From: the human T2T-CHM13v2.0 reference genome, Homo sapiens
Strand: one strand, 5' to 3'
Assembly (NCBI RefSeq): GCF_009914755.1
Contig: NC_060925.1
Length of the DNA stretch: 64,000 nucleotides
Made by a program: the position numbers and the translations under genes. Shown piece by piece: positions 43,172-56,053 of the stretch. The notes under the pieces were generated by a model. The model saw nothing but the letters and a program-made list of their open reading frames with translations. It was not told the origin of the DNA and did not search any database. Position 1 is the first letter of the stretch, and each line of letters begins with the position of its first letter.

Positions 43172-43679
43172 CAAGCTTGTCCAAACCATGGCCTAGGACA
43201 GCTCTGAATGTGGCCCAACACAACAAATTGTTAAACCTTCTTAAAACATGATGAGATGTTTTTGCAATTATTTTTTTGAGACAGTCTTCCTCTGTCACCC
43301 AGGTTGCAGGGCAACGGCATGGTATTGGCTTACTGCAACCTCTGCCTCCTAGGTTCAAGCGATTCTCCTGTCTCAGCCTCCTGAGTAGTTAGGATTACAG
43401 GTGCCCACCGTCACACCTGGCTAATTTTTCTATTTTTAGTAGAGACGGGGTTTTACCATGTTGGCCAGGCTGGTCTTGAACTCCTGACCTCAAGTGATCA
43501 CCCGCCTCAGCCTCCCAAAGTGCTGGGATTACAGGTGTGAGCCACCGTGCCTATGATTTTTTTTTTAAAAAAGCTCATCAGCTATCATTGCTGTTAGTGT
43601 ATTTTATGTGTGATCTAGTGTCTAGATCATGGGTGTTCAATCTTTTGGCTTCCCTGGACCACACTGGAGGAAGAATTGT
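43172..43679. mobile_element. MER30 relic split by an Alu (43271-43552, minus), with its 5' end inverted
   Basis: Reverse MER30 match at 43172-43270 and 43553-43612; forward MER30 5' end at 43628-43679. Confidence 0.8.
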
Positions 43680-44046
43680 GTTTCCTAAAAACAGAAACCA
43701 CTAATTAAATGTCTTAGGAAATAGTTTGGGAAAATCTACTTTCTACAATGATGAACTTGAATTTTCTTACTCTTCATATTAAGGGCCTGAGAATCACTGA
43801 CTCTAAAAATATCTTAGTAATCCTGTCCAGATTTCCATTCAAAAAATTTTTTCACATATATTTCCAAGATAACTGCCAGAGATAACCCAGACTGACTCAA
43901 ATGTGTATGATTCTTAATCACCTTAACAAGGTAAATGCCCATTAGGGTCATTTAACTTAAGAAAAATTTTAATTTAGTAGTATAAACTTGAATATAACAT
44001 TGGCTTTCGCATATTAGATACATATCCAGTAATATCCAACACTTAC

Positions 44047-44259
44047 CATTTCTCGGGCTTCATTAGTGAACTGAAATGTATTTGACAGAACTTCTATATT
44101 GGTTGCTCGCTCTAATTTGTCACGTCGGTCTGTTGAAATATTAAACCTAACATGGTCACCTTCCAGCAGGGTCACCTTGGATTTCGTATCTTTGTCTCCA
44201 AAGGGAAGTTCTTTAGGGATCACAAAGTCAACTTTGATGCGTCCTGGCAATGGGTCATT
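44047..44259 (-). CDS. CSDE1: CSDE1 exon 10 (213 nt)
   Basis: ORF track 44014..44250 and canonical sites. Confidence 0.97.
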
Positions 44260-44664
44260 CTGATGAGAAGGAAAAACGATTTTAGCTGGAGATTTCTCAT
44301 CCTTCCTAGTTCTAAGTCAAACAAGAAGAACACATAGTAAACCCATGTTATTTTTAACTTAGTTCCCTGAAGCGAAAAAAGGTGTTGACAACATAAGTCC
44401 AATGTGAAAGCTTCATGGTCTATGGTCACACGAGTCAACCATAAAATTACAACAATGCAATTAAGACCCAGCACTCTGGTACCAAAAGATTTTATTTAAG
44501 GAATTTTTCCAGGAATGACACCACTTGTGTCCTCACCTTCCCCACAAACTGGAGGGGTAGGGCAGGGGCAGAGGAGGGAACAAATGTACACCTGAACTGC
44601 AGTCTAATCCAATCAGGTGCTTTCCAATTTAATTAGCATTTTCTTCTTTGGCCTTTTTTCATCA

Positions 44665-45028
<364 letters not shown>

Positions 45029-45174
45029 TTAGTTTAAATATACGTAACAAGAGGTCCTTAGTTGTTCCACTACCACATTATATTAACTGAATAAGATAAA
45101 ATCTCAGTATACCACACCATATTATTCTATTACTACTGAGGCGAAATAGGACTCTCCTGAAAAAGATTATTTAC

Positions 45175-45300
45175 CTGGTTTTTACTGGGTACTTTTGGGA
45201 TAACTTTGGTTACAGTTCCTTCAAAATGTTCAATGCTGATATCTTCAAAAATGACTGTTCCTTGAGGCAATAGTCTGACATCTGTTGCAACTTCTTTACC
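45175..45300 (-). CDS. CSDE1: CSDE1 exon 9 (126 nt)
   Basis: GKEVATDVRLLPQGTVIFEDISIEHFEGTVTKVIPKVPSKNQ. Confidence 0.96.
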
Positions 45301-45431
45301 CTAAATCAGAAGGGGTTGGAGGTGGTGGGGGGACAGAGGAAGGAAGAATCACATAATTTTAAGTGTTTCTTAAAAACATAAACCAACTCTGATCTTAAAA
45401 GGCCAAAGATCAAGTTAACTGACTGTCTTAC

Positions 45432-45560
45432 ATTTCTGTCCTTGATTGTGAATTCCACATCATCGCCAGGCTGTAAGGTTTCTAAGTCACCCTTAAATTC
45501 ACTATAGTGAAAGAATATCTCTTTTACAACATCACCTCTTTCAATAAAGCCAAATGCCTC
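45432..45560 (-). CDS. CSDE1: CSDE1 exon 8 (129 nt)
   Basis: ORF track 45306..45569: EAFGFIERGDVVKEIFFHYSE...DRN. Confidence 0.97.
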
Positions 45561-45884
45561 CTGAAGCAAAATAAAAAACCAAGAACATTATTACCACTCT
45601 GTACAAATTTATGATTACAACTTAAAACCAGTAATTTTTGTAAAATTATACTGTAGTCACAATAATATAATTTGGTACAACCTAATATTATCAATTAAAC
45701 AGCCAATTTTAAAGAAGATAATGTATTAGCAACCAAGGAATTTTAAGAGACTACTTTTGAGGTTAACAGTGAAATATTTTAAAAGGGTAAGATAAAAAAG
45801 AAAAAAAAAAACAAAGGCTGGAGTTTGAAGTACAACATTTCAAGTGGCCAAAGAAAACTCAAGTTTCTCAAATTTAACACTTAC

Positions 45885-45966
45885 CTTCATGGCACAAACT
45901 ACTCCCTGACAGCGGGCTTGTTTCTTTTTCAACAGCATAATGTTGCGAGCACTTACAGCACCAGTA
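45885..45966 (-). CDS. CSDE1: CSDE1 exon 7 (82 nt)
   Basis: TGAVSARNIMLLKKKQARCQGVVCAMK; canonical sites. Confidence 0.96.
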
Positions 45967-48200
45967 CTAGAAAAAAAATAATTGCAGGGAGGAGGAATGA
46001 AACAGGGATTAAAAATGTATTGGCCTGCTTAGATATGAGTCTAAAGAAACTAGTTTCCTGGGGCTTTAAGAATTCTATCATCACTAAGAATAAATACAGG
46101 GTTTATGACATTTGATTATTTTCATATGGCTTTATATGCAAAGGACTTTAACTCCTTAGCCTTCTACGTTTGGCAAATATATATATAGGTCATCTTTCTC
46201 TGGGACTGTTGTTGGAAGATTTGCTTTTTTACAAACTTACACATGGGTGCGTGATGTTCTACTCTGTTTTTCTATTTCAACAAAATAACTGAAATAAAGC
46301 CACAAAGCGAATGCTACCAAAGGTGGGGAATACTAAAGTCTTATAAAGGTTATTCATTAAACAAACATTTGTGTAGGTATAATCTGCGGCAAAGTAAGGT
46401 ACTGGTGATACAGAGATAAATAGGAGATGGTCTCTATTTTCAGTGAGTGCTAAATTTAGTAGCTATCTCATTAATTATTTCTGAGTAAACAGCCATAAAA
46501 GTTGAGTAAATGAAGTGACTTTAAGAGAACTTGCTATGCTTTTAAAAGTAATGATATCCACCTCCATTGGAGAATGGAAACAAGTTAGAGACACCACATG
46601 TTGCTTTTATGCCTTCATATTTGTGTAGCAGCGATGTAAATTCAATTTTGTTTTTAAGATAACATAGACTGTATAAGACATAATGGTACTGTTAGTCTAA
46701 ATGTTTTAAGAAAAGACCTATACACCAAGCAATTACTTCCCTTAATTTTTCACAGACAAATAACCCAAAATGTGCTTTTTATTTAAAAAAATGTTACAGA
46801 CTAACAAAGACACCAGAAAAATTCTACCTGTTTTTGTAACTTACTGCAGTGAAAACGCTTTAGAGTCAGATGGGAATTTAAATGCCTGCTATTTAAAAGC
46901 AGTATGAACATCGACAAGTAACTTTGTGAGAACTTATACGTCATTTTACAGATGAAGAAACTTACCAGGTAAGGCTGTTCTGAGATTAACAACTATATAA
47001 ATTGAGGCCTTCAGACTGTAACTAATAATAACCACACCTACAACACAATCTGATTCCTTCAAGGCTTGCCAAGAAAGAGATAAGGTTCAAGGCAGATAAT
47101 CCCAGACATGCTCTTAGGACTTTTCCCTCCACATGCTACTGGAAGGTACATTACTAGCACTTTCTCCAACTTTCTATTTTAATTTCCTTCTCCTCTTGCA
47201 TCTCTCATCTCTCCTATGCCAAGATAAAAATAATATTCTCCCTGGGCTTTCTTAACTACATTTTCCTTAACTGTGTATGCTGATGAATTCTACAGCTCTA
47301 TATACTTCCCCTATAGGCAGGAAATAGACCTTAGACTTAATAGGTCTAAGTCTCAGACCTATACACGCAACTGTAGATTTGATATCTCTACCCAGATATA
47401 TCACAAACATCTCACACTCAAAAATTGCCAAGATAAGTATGATTCTTTTCCCACCTTGAACATTCTCCTTATGTCTCCTTAGCCCAGTTTATGGTACCAT
47501 CATCTGCCCAGTAGGCCAGGCCAGAAAAACAGTATTTGGGACTCCCTTTAATTCCAACCCCACCTTTATCAAATCAATTAAGATTGATGATTCTATCTTC
47601 TCAATATGACTTGACTCCTCCACCCCATCCTCTTAGTCTATCCATATCAGGCGGTCATCTTTCACGTTAACTCTCACATCACTGCCTCTGGTCAACAGCA
47701 TCCCCACCTTTCAAAAGTCTACCACTTCCACCACCTCCAAAGATCTAAACCAATCACACTTCCTTGTTTTAAACAACGCAGATTCCTACATAGAAGAATG
47801 CTCAAACTTTACCTTCTGGTCAGTTCGACCAAACTTTTGGCCATTTTCCCCCAACATGTCATGATACTTCTAATCATAATGCTTTTTTCTCACCTCTCTA
47901 TAGTGACTATACCCCTCCCTCAAAACTTACCTCAAAGCACTATTTTTTGAAAAACCTTCACTGATCTCTAGAACAAGTCCTTAAAATGCCTAACAATGTT
48001 TTAATTATCATCTTCCTCTGAGACCCTGCATCATGGCTGTAATACAATATTCATAGACCTCAAAGCATTAGTTGATGAATTGAAAGTTCATGAAAACTAT
48101 CCAGACTTACAAGTTAGGTTTTTAACTCTATTCAAATTTCTTAATGGAGGGGGGAAAAAAAAACCGCTTAGGTGAGAAAATTTAAAAAAAAAGAACTTAC

Positions 48201-48298
48201 TGTTTATTGTTATCAATTACAAAGTTTATTTTATCTCCAGTTTCCAGCTGAACGTTCCCTTCGACATCTTCAGGGGTGTAAGTCAGATAAAACACTTC
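48201..48298 (-). CDS. CSDE1: CSDE1 exon 6 (98 nt)
   Basis: EVFYLTYTPEDVEGNVQLETGDKINFVIDNNK; canonical sites. Confidence 0.96.
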
Positions 48299-48913
48299 CT
48301 GTGAATTAATAAATCATTATTACTATTTTGGCAGGATGCATATTCACTGTATACTGTGATTTACTTACTTAAAAACCTCTTATACTGGCATTTTAAGCCA
48401 AATTTCTTAAAATTAAATGCTTTATGACAAGTCACTTTATTCATATAAACACACACTTCCCCTCCATGGTGCTGATGACTTCTGCGAGTCCACAGCTGAG
48501 CAGCAATCCAACTTCAAAAAGCTTACACACGTGGAAGCATTTGCCCAGAGACTATAGTTACATTTCAAAAAAACAATTTTATATAAGGCATTCCAAACAA
48601 AAAAAGCTGGTGTTAGTGCTTAAAAGAAACCAGAAAAAGATCCCCCCCACAACCCCCAAAAAAGTGATTAAAAGGAACATTTTACCTTAATGTTCTAACT
48701 AAGGTCATACTTGGGCAAACTAAGACACTTGGAAGTCCTATGGAATTTTTCTTTTTAAATTTTTTGATTATGCTGCATTTGAAGCCTCTTAGAAACCAAA
48801 TTTAAAACTGATTTTAACAATTGCAGCTTACGTTTTCTATTTTGAATTTTAAAGTACGCTTATAGATCACATGGTGGATCAGGCAAAGGTTTAAGAAAAA
48901 TACACAAGTTTAC

Positions 48914-49006
48914 CCCATTACGTTCGTAGCATACACTCCCTGTTGGACTCTGACCCGGGGCAGCTGGAGATTTACTCTCTAAGTTGTGAGGAACAGCGCA
49001 CACAAC
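48914..49006 (-). CDS. CSDE1: CSDE1 exon 5 (93 nt, symmetric phase-0 cassette)
   Basis: VVCAVPHNLESKSPAAPGQSPTGSVCYERNG; the known skippable 31-aa exon (798 vs 767 aa). Confidence 0.95.
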
Positions 49007-49405
49007 CTACCAGTCAAAAAAAAAAAAATTTCCATTGCTAATCATTTCAGGAGCAGCACTGTGCAATATAAACTGAATTTTAATATCCTCTATACTATAT
49101 ACAGGGATGCATTTTAATATGATCCACAAGAGGATGTCATGCTGCCAAGTTTCAAACTTACAGTATGTAAATTGACTGTAAGCATTGACTCAGGGTTATA
49201 TGTAAAAACCCAATTGAGTCTTGACCATATTTTTATTTCAGGTCAAGAAATGCCAGTGCTTTTGATTAATTTTAAAATAGTAATCTTTATATACTATAGC
49301 TCTCTTTCGTGCAAACTGAGGAGATGGGGAGAATCTTCCTTTTCTAATGTGAAAGATATGCAAATGCAGGGCCCTAAAAAAACACAAAGCATCAAAGTCA
49401 CTAAC

Positions 49406-49515
49406 TTGTCCATTCATTCGTTCTTCAGGGAGGATTTCTTGTTTTATCTTCACCAGTTTAACAGCAATGGGTTTCCCAGTCCGTCGGTCCGATGATACTT
49501 CAAATTCAACATCAT
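49406..49515 (-). CDS. CSDE1: CSDE1 exon 4 (110 nt)
   Basis: ORF track 49238..49627: DDVEFEVSSDRRTGKPIAVKL...NGQ. Confidence 0.96.
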
Positions 49516-49614
49516 CTAAAAATAAATAATGTGTTATGTTTGTTGAACTGATTTTTGCGAAACGATATATTGCTTCCAAGCTATACTTAACATAGCATTT
49601 GAATTGCCTTAGAC

Positions 49615-49795
49615 CAGTGGTTTTCAAAGTGTGGTCCCTGGACCAGCAGCATTAACATCACCTGGGAGCTTAAAAGAAATACTGGGCCTAACTCTAGTCC
49701 TAGCCAAAGACAAACTCTGGGGATCAAGTATAGCAATCTGTGTTTTAACAAGCCTTCCACTAATTCTGATACACACAAATGTTTCAGAACCACCA
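49615..49795. mobile_element. MER5A relic
   Basis: CAGTGGTTTTCAAAGTGTGGTCCCTGGACCAGCAGCATTAACATCACCTGGGAGCTT...TTTCAGAACCAC. Confidence 0.82.
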
Positions 49796-50080
49796 TCTTA
49801 TGCTAAGATAGCCATGTCTTAATCTTAGTTTTTATGGCATTTACACATACTACAAATGAGATGACTTAACAATCATAACCTTTGGCGAGTTTTTTTTTTA
49901 AACTCCTCTGTACCTCAGTTTTCTCTTATGTAAAAGGAGAATAATTCCTAACAGGACTGCCATGAGGATTAACCAAAACAATGTTCCTATAGCATGCATC
50001 TTGTTAGCTATTATACTGACTCTTTTCTCAAACGTTTTTTAAAAATGCACAGAGGCCTCATAATTTCAGTCCTTTAGTAA

Positions 50081-50772
<692 letters not shown>

Positions 50773-51134
50773 TTCTAAGAGGTGACACTCTAAGGATTAC
50801 TTTTTTCAGGTACTACCCAAAATAGTACCTGACAGAATAATCATAAGTAACATTACAAAAGTTCAATATTCGTACTGGCTTAAAATCTTACGGGTAAACA
50901 GTCATCATTATGGGGAAAAACAATGAAATCTTCCAAGCATTTATTGTAAATATATGCAAATATAATCTTTCAAGGATTCTGCTGGTTTATACAGATATTC
51001 TTCACTAAACAGTACAACTAAAAGTCCAAAATGTTTTAATTTACATAAAACTTTTTGAAAAACACTCATGAACAAATTGATATGCAAGACAAATTTTGTG
51101 ATTACATTTTTACAAAGGAGAACTGACAGATTAC

Positions 51135-51333
51135 CTCCTACTTTTAAGTCTTGCAGGTTGCCATTATACTGTGAACAGTGGAAGAAAAGTCTAGCTTGAC
51201 GTTCTGAACACTGAATAAATCCGTAAGAGGTTAACAGTTTTTCAATAACCCCAGTTTCACGCAGTGCTGCTGAAGTACCATTAGGGTACCCATTATGTCC
51301 ATTGTTGTGGAGAAGGTTTGGATCAAAGCTCAT
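51135..51333 (-). CDS. CSDE1: CSDE1 first constitutive coding exon (199 nt; MSFDPNLLHNNGH...CSD1)
   Basis: The ATG is the first triplet after the CAG acceptor. ORF track 50941..51363. Confidence 0.97.
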
Positions 51334-52969
51334 CTGTTTTAAAAAGAAAAAGAATATATACATATCTGTACATTATCTCCATAGCATATTAAGTCTGGTT
51401 AATAAGTCACTAAATCTTCCATATAAAAACGCAAAAAAAAGTAAAATGAAGGGAAGATTATAGACTTTATTACTGCAGCATTAATTTAGCTAATAAAACA
51501 TTTCAGAGGAAACAACTTATTATATTGGGGAATTGCCCCAAATTATGGTAGAATTTCCACTTATCAGACAAAAATAGAATTTCTGGGGTTTAATATTAAG
51601 GTATAGCAACTACATTAGCAAATGCTGCCTTTACATGAAGTGAAAATTACTAAAACAACAATTTCAGAACAAAGGTAATTAATATTAAGAGACAGCGACC
51701 ACAAACTACCAAAGACTCTTAAGAGATTTGGTAACGCTATTTTGAAACTTCAGCCAATACCTTAATACTGTTTAGTAAGTCATGCATTTGGAAGGCATAT
51801 TTCAAGTTAGTAGAGATTAACACAATAAAATGAACTTTCTATGCAATACTTAAACTAGAAAATTTCAGAGTAATTCATGCTTAGGTCCTTTAATGAAAGA
51901 CTATCCAAAATAGTGCAGTAGAAAACTTCTGAAACAACAAAACTCCAAGACAGCAAAAGCATTTCCATTTTAAAAATGCTGAATCATTTCACAGGTACAT
52001 TTAAAGAAATCTTTACCTAAAAGAAACCCTTCACTTTTTACATACTGATGAAATCTGTAACTATCACTTCGTTCCCATTCTTTAGTGAAATAGGAGCTAT
52101 TTAAAAGCAATATAATGGAATCTGCCTAGGTCATAAAATACTATCACATTGGATGTTCCATTTCCCTTCTTTGAGTAAAACAACAAAAACTATAAGTGAA
52201 GCACAAAACAGGACGAAATCCTTAGCAAAGCCTAGGTCTATAATTTACCACAGTAATGACATTTCTAAATCATTACAATTATGTTTTAGACCCTTTCACT
52301 GAAAATCTGATTTATAAGTATTTCCATTTAAGTGGAATGTTGGGCATTATTAATAAAAAGGATATATTTTCACTAGGAAAAAAGAGTAACAAATTCTAGA
52401 AAGATAAACCAAAGTTTGAGTCAACGATATGTGTGATGGTCAAATCACGTAAATCAAAGCCACCACACCTGTAGGTGGTTACGTCCTAATTCTTCTACAC
52501 TAGCCACTGTTCTGTGTTTAACATATATTAACTCATTTAACTTTCACAAAAGCCCACAAGAAAGTATTGTATTCGCCTCATTTTACCAATGAGAAAACAG
52601 ACACAGAGAAGTTAAATGACTTGCCAAAGTCAAATAGTAGAAGATTCAAACCAAGAAGGTCTGGCTGTAAACCAGGGCTTCTCAAATGAGAAGTTAAAAT
52701 ATAAAATCAGACTCAGTAGGTATGGGGATTTGAAATTTTCCATCTTTATTAAGATCCAAGGTGATAATAATGCTTCTGATTCTTAGATATACTTTGGGCA
52801 GTAAGACCCTAATCTACTGAAGTTATCTTTCAAGAGTGAAGGTGAAAAAAATGATTCGGGAAGTTAGAAGGTGAGTCGGCAAGATATTTCAACCAGAATG
52901 AGTGGCAATCCTAGGTCATGCTCTTAACACAAAGCAAGGTAAGCTGAGATGACTGCTTTCCTGACTTAC

Positions 52970-53107
52970 AGATCTCTGATAAGTTGGGGTCCTCTTTTGT
53001 TTTTTAGTCCCAGATGAGGTAGAAGATGAAGATAAGGGTAAAGAAAGTGAAGGAGGGGCTGCAGGAGAGGGATGAGGATCTGATGACACAGTAAAAACGT
53101 TCTCCAT
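52970..53107 (-). CDS. CSDE1: CSDE1 alternative exon encoding a 46-aa N-terminal extension (MENVFTVSSDPHPSP...YQRS)
   Basis: Phase-0 donor TCT|GTAAGT, in frame with the next ATG. Likely CAG acceptor at 53117-53119. Gives an 844-aa isoform. Confidence 0.85.
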
Positions 53108-53752
53108 CTCAAACAGCTGTTATAACATAGCATAATGTTGATAACTATGATCAATAACAATTTAATGCACATTTCACAGTCAATATATATTTTTAGCTTG
53201 GGTTTAGCGAAATATAAATTAGATTTCTATTGACAGGAAATACATAGAATTAACATTACTATAAAAGGTGAAATGTATTTTTTTTAAAGCCATTAAAACA
53301 TACGATGACATCAACAATTCTGAAAATGCCACAAAGACTCTTGATGGTTGTTGGAGTGAGACTATTCAGTCCAATTTCTTTTCAATGCCGATCAACTTTA
53401 AATAGAACCTATCATTTTTAGTCACTAGTCTCCCTAGAGTACACACTGATAACCCAATGGGGTGCAGAAGAAAATAACTGGGACTATTTTTCTGCCCAGA
53501 GATAAAAATGAGCTTTTATAAATATTTACTATGTATTTATAGTCTAGGTTTCACCGAGTTGGTATGTCAGATGGTCTATGAGTATCATGTATTACTCAGG
53601 TATTCTGAGGAAAGAGTGGAGAACTCCAAAAGAGGCCAACAGTGAAGTCCTCACTCATTTGCTCTTACCGTATTACCGTATGCCCGATAAGGAGATATAT
53701 AAATTTAGTTATCTAGTGTAACTAAGCTACCTTCACAAATAAGACAAATGAG

Positions 53753-54038
53753 GCCGGATGCAGTGGCTCACACCTGTAATCCCAGCACAGGGAGGCCGGG
53801 GTGGACATGAGGTCAGGAGTTTGGGACAAGCACGGCCAACATGGTGAAAGCCTGTCTCTACCAAAAATACAAAATTTAGCCAGGCATGGTGGCATGGGTC
53901 TGTAGTCCCAGCTACTCAGGAGGGGGAGGCATGAGAATTGCTTGAACCCAGGAGGCGGAGGTTGCAGTGAGCCGAAATTGTGCTACTGCACTCCAGCCTG
54001 GGCAACACAGCAAGACTCCATCCCAGAAAAACAAAAAA
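53753..54038 (+). mobile_element. Alu (S-like)
   Basis: Alu consensus with an AAATA(A)GACAAATG-like TSD. Confidence 0.9.
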
Positions 54039-54577
54039 GCCCAAATAGACAAATGGTTGAAAGATTCCCGCAGAAGAACCTCAGATGGAAGATAAGGCAA
54101 GCACATGCAAAGAGCAAGGGAACTGACATTTCTATTCCTAGTACTAGTTCTTCAACCTCCACATTAAGAAACCATCTAACGAGATATGGTAAGTATGCCA
54201 AACAGTTAAGATCAAGACTATGACATGGACTTAAATTAGTTGCAATACAACACACAAATGTAGATTTCCCTGATACTAATTCATGATATTATAAAGCTTT
54301 TTAAAATTAAACACTTAAAAACCAGCAATCCAGAACATAGTATTTCTAACAGAACATTTCTGCACAAGTAAACTTTTTATAATATCCCTCACTTCACATT
54401 TTTCCTATTTGTACCACTGTGTTTTACAATGCAGACACAGAATTATAATTACACAATTTGTAAACATATACACATATCGAAAATACATGTTTTTAACTGA
54501 CAAGCAGTATAAAATTAACTTGAGAACCATTATTCTAGATCACTGAGGGACTTTCAAGCTGTGCTTCTTTCATGTTT

Positions 54578-54945
<368 letters not shown>

Positions 54946-55743
54946 TCATGTTTAGACTATAGTTCTGATTACTATTAAACAAGAACACAATGATATGATC
55001 TGAAATATATATGCCTTAAAGCTGCAAAATATCCCCATTCTCAAGTCTCCAATCCTGCCACACATCACTGCAGGTAGGAGATAGAAATCCTCTTTTTCTC
55101 ACCCAAAGGGAGACTGAACCAGAATTAGAAAGCATCAAAGCTAGCATTTTAAGACTCTAAGTTGTTCCCCAACAAGAATGTTGGAATCTGGGCTCTACTG
55201 TTCGAGTCTCCGTCTCATCCCTAGACACATACCAAAAGAGTTGAAAAAGCCTTCCCCTTCTCCCAGAATCTTTGCTGACTAGAGCTCTCTTTCCCTAGCC
55301 TTTATCCATTTGGAGGAAGCCTTTATTTTATTTTTCCAAAGGGAAACACACCACTCAAACAACTTTAGATAAGTTGATGTGACATGTGACATGTTAATAC
55401 TTTTCAAAGAATTCCTAATAATTTGGCTAAACTATATTTTAATGGCATTGCAAATATTTCTTAATCAGCACCATCAAAAAACAAGCAAAATGGAAGTTAT
55501 CACAAAAACAATTACATGAAAGTATAGGACAAATGGAAGTAGATAATTTAACAGAACCTTGTTTATAAAAAATTAAAGATGCTAACAAAGGTGGTGGTAG
55601 GAAGGACCCAGTAGGTAAATGTTACTTGACTTCTTCTTTAAATAGGGGGGAAAAAAATCCACAATTTAGTTGCTTGCCTAACAGCATGTAAAAATGTATT
55701 CAAATGAACCGAGTTTAATGTCTTAAAAAATATTTAAAAACCA

Positions 55744-56053
55744 GCCAGGCTCAGTGGTTCACGTTTGTAATCCTAGCACTTTGAGAGGCCGAGGTGGCAG
55801 ATCACCTGAGCCCAGGAATTTGAGACCAGCCTAGGCACATGGCAAAACCCTGTCTCTACAAAAAAATACAAAAATTAGCCAAAATTAGCTGGATGCCTAT
55901 AGTTCCAGCTACTCAAGAGGCTGGGGTGGGAGGTTCACCAGAGCCTGGGAGGTCAAGCCATGATCCTGACACCGTACTCCAGCCTGGGTGACAGAGTGAG
56001 ACCCTGTCTCAAAACAAAAACAAAAACAAAACAACAAAAACAAACAAACAAAA
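55744..56053 (+). mobile_element. Alu (J-like)
   Basis: Diverged Alu consensus. Confidence 0.88.
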
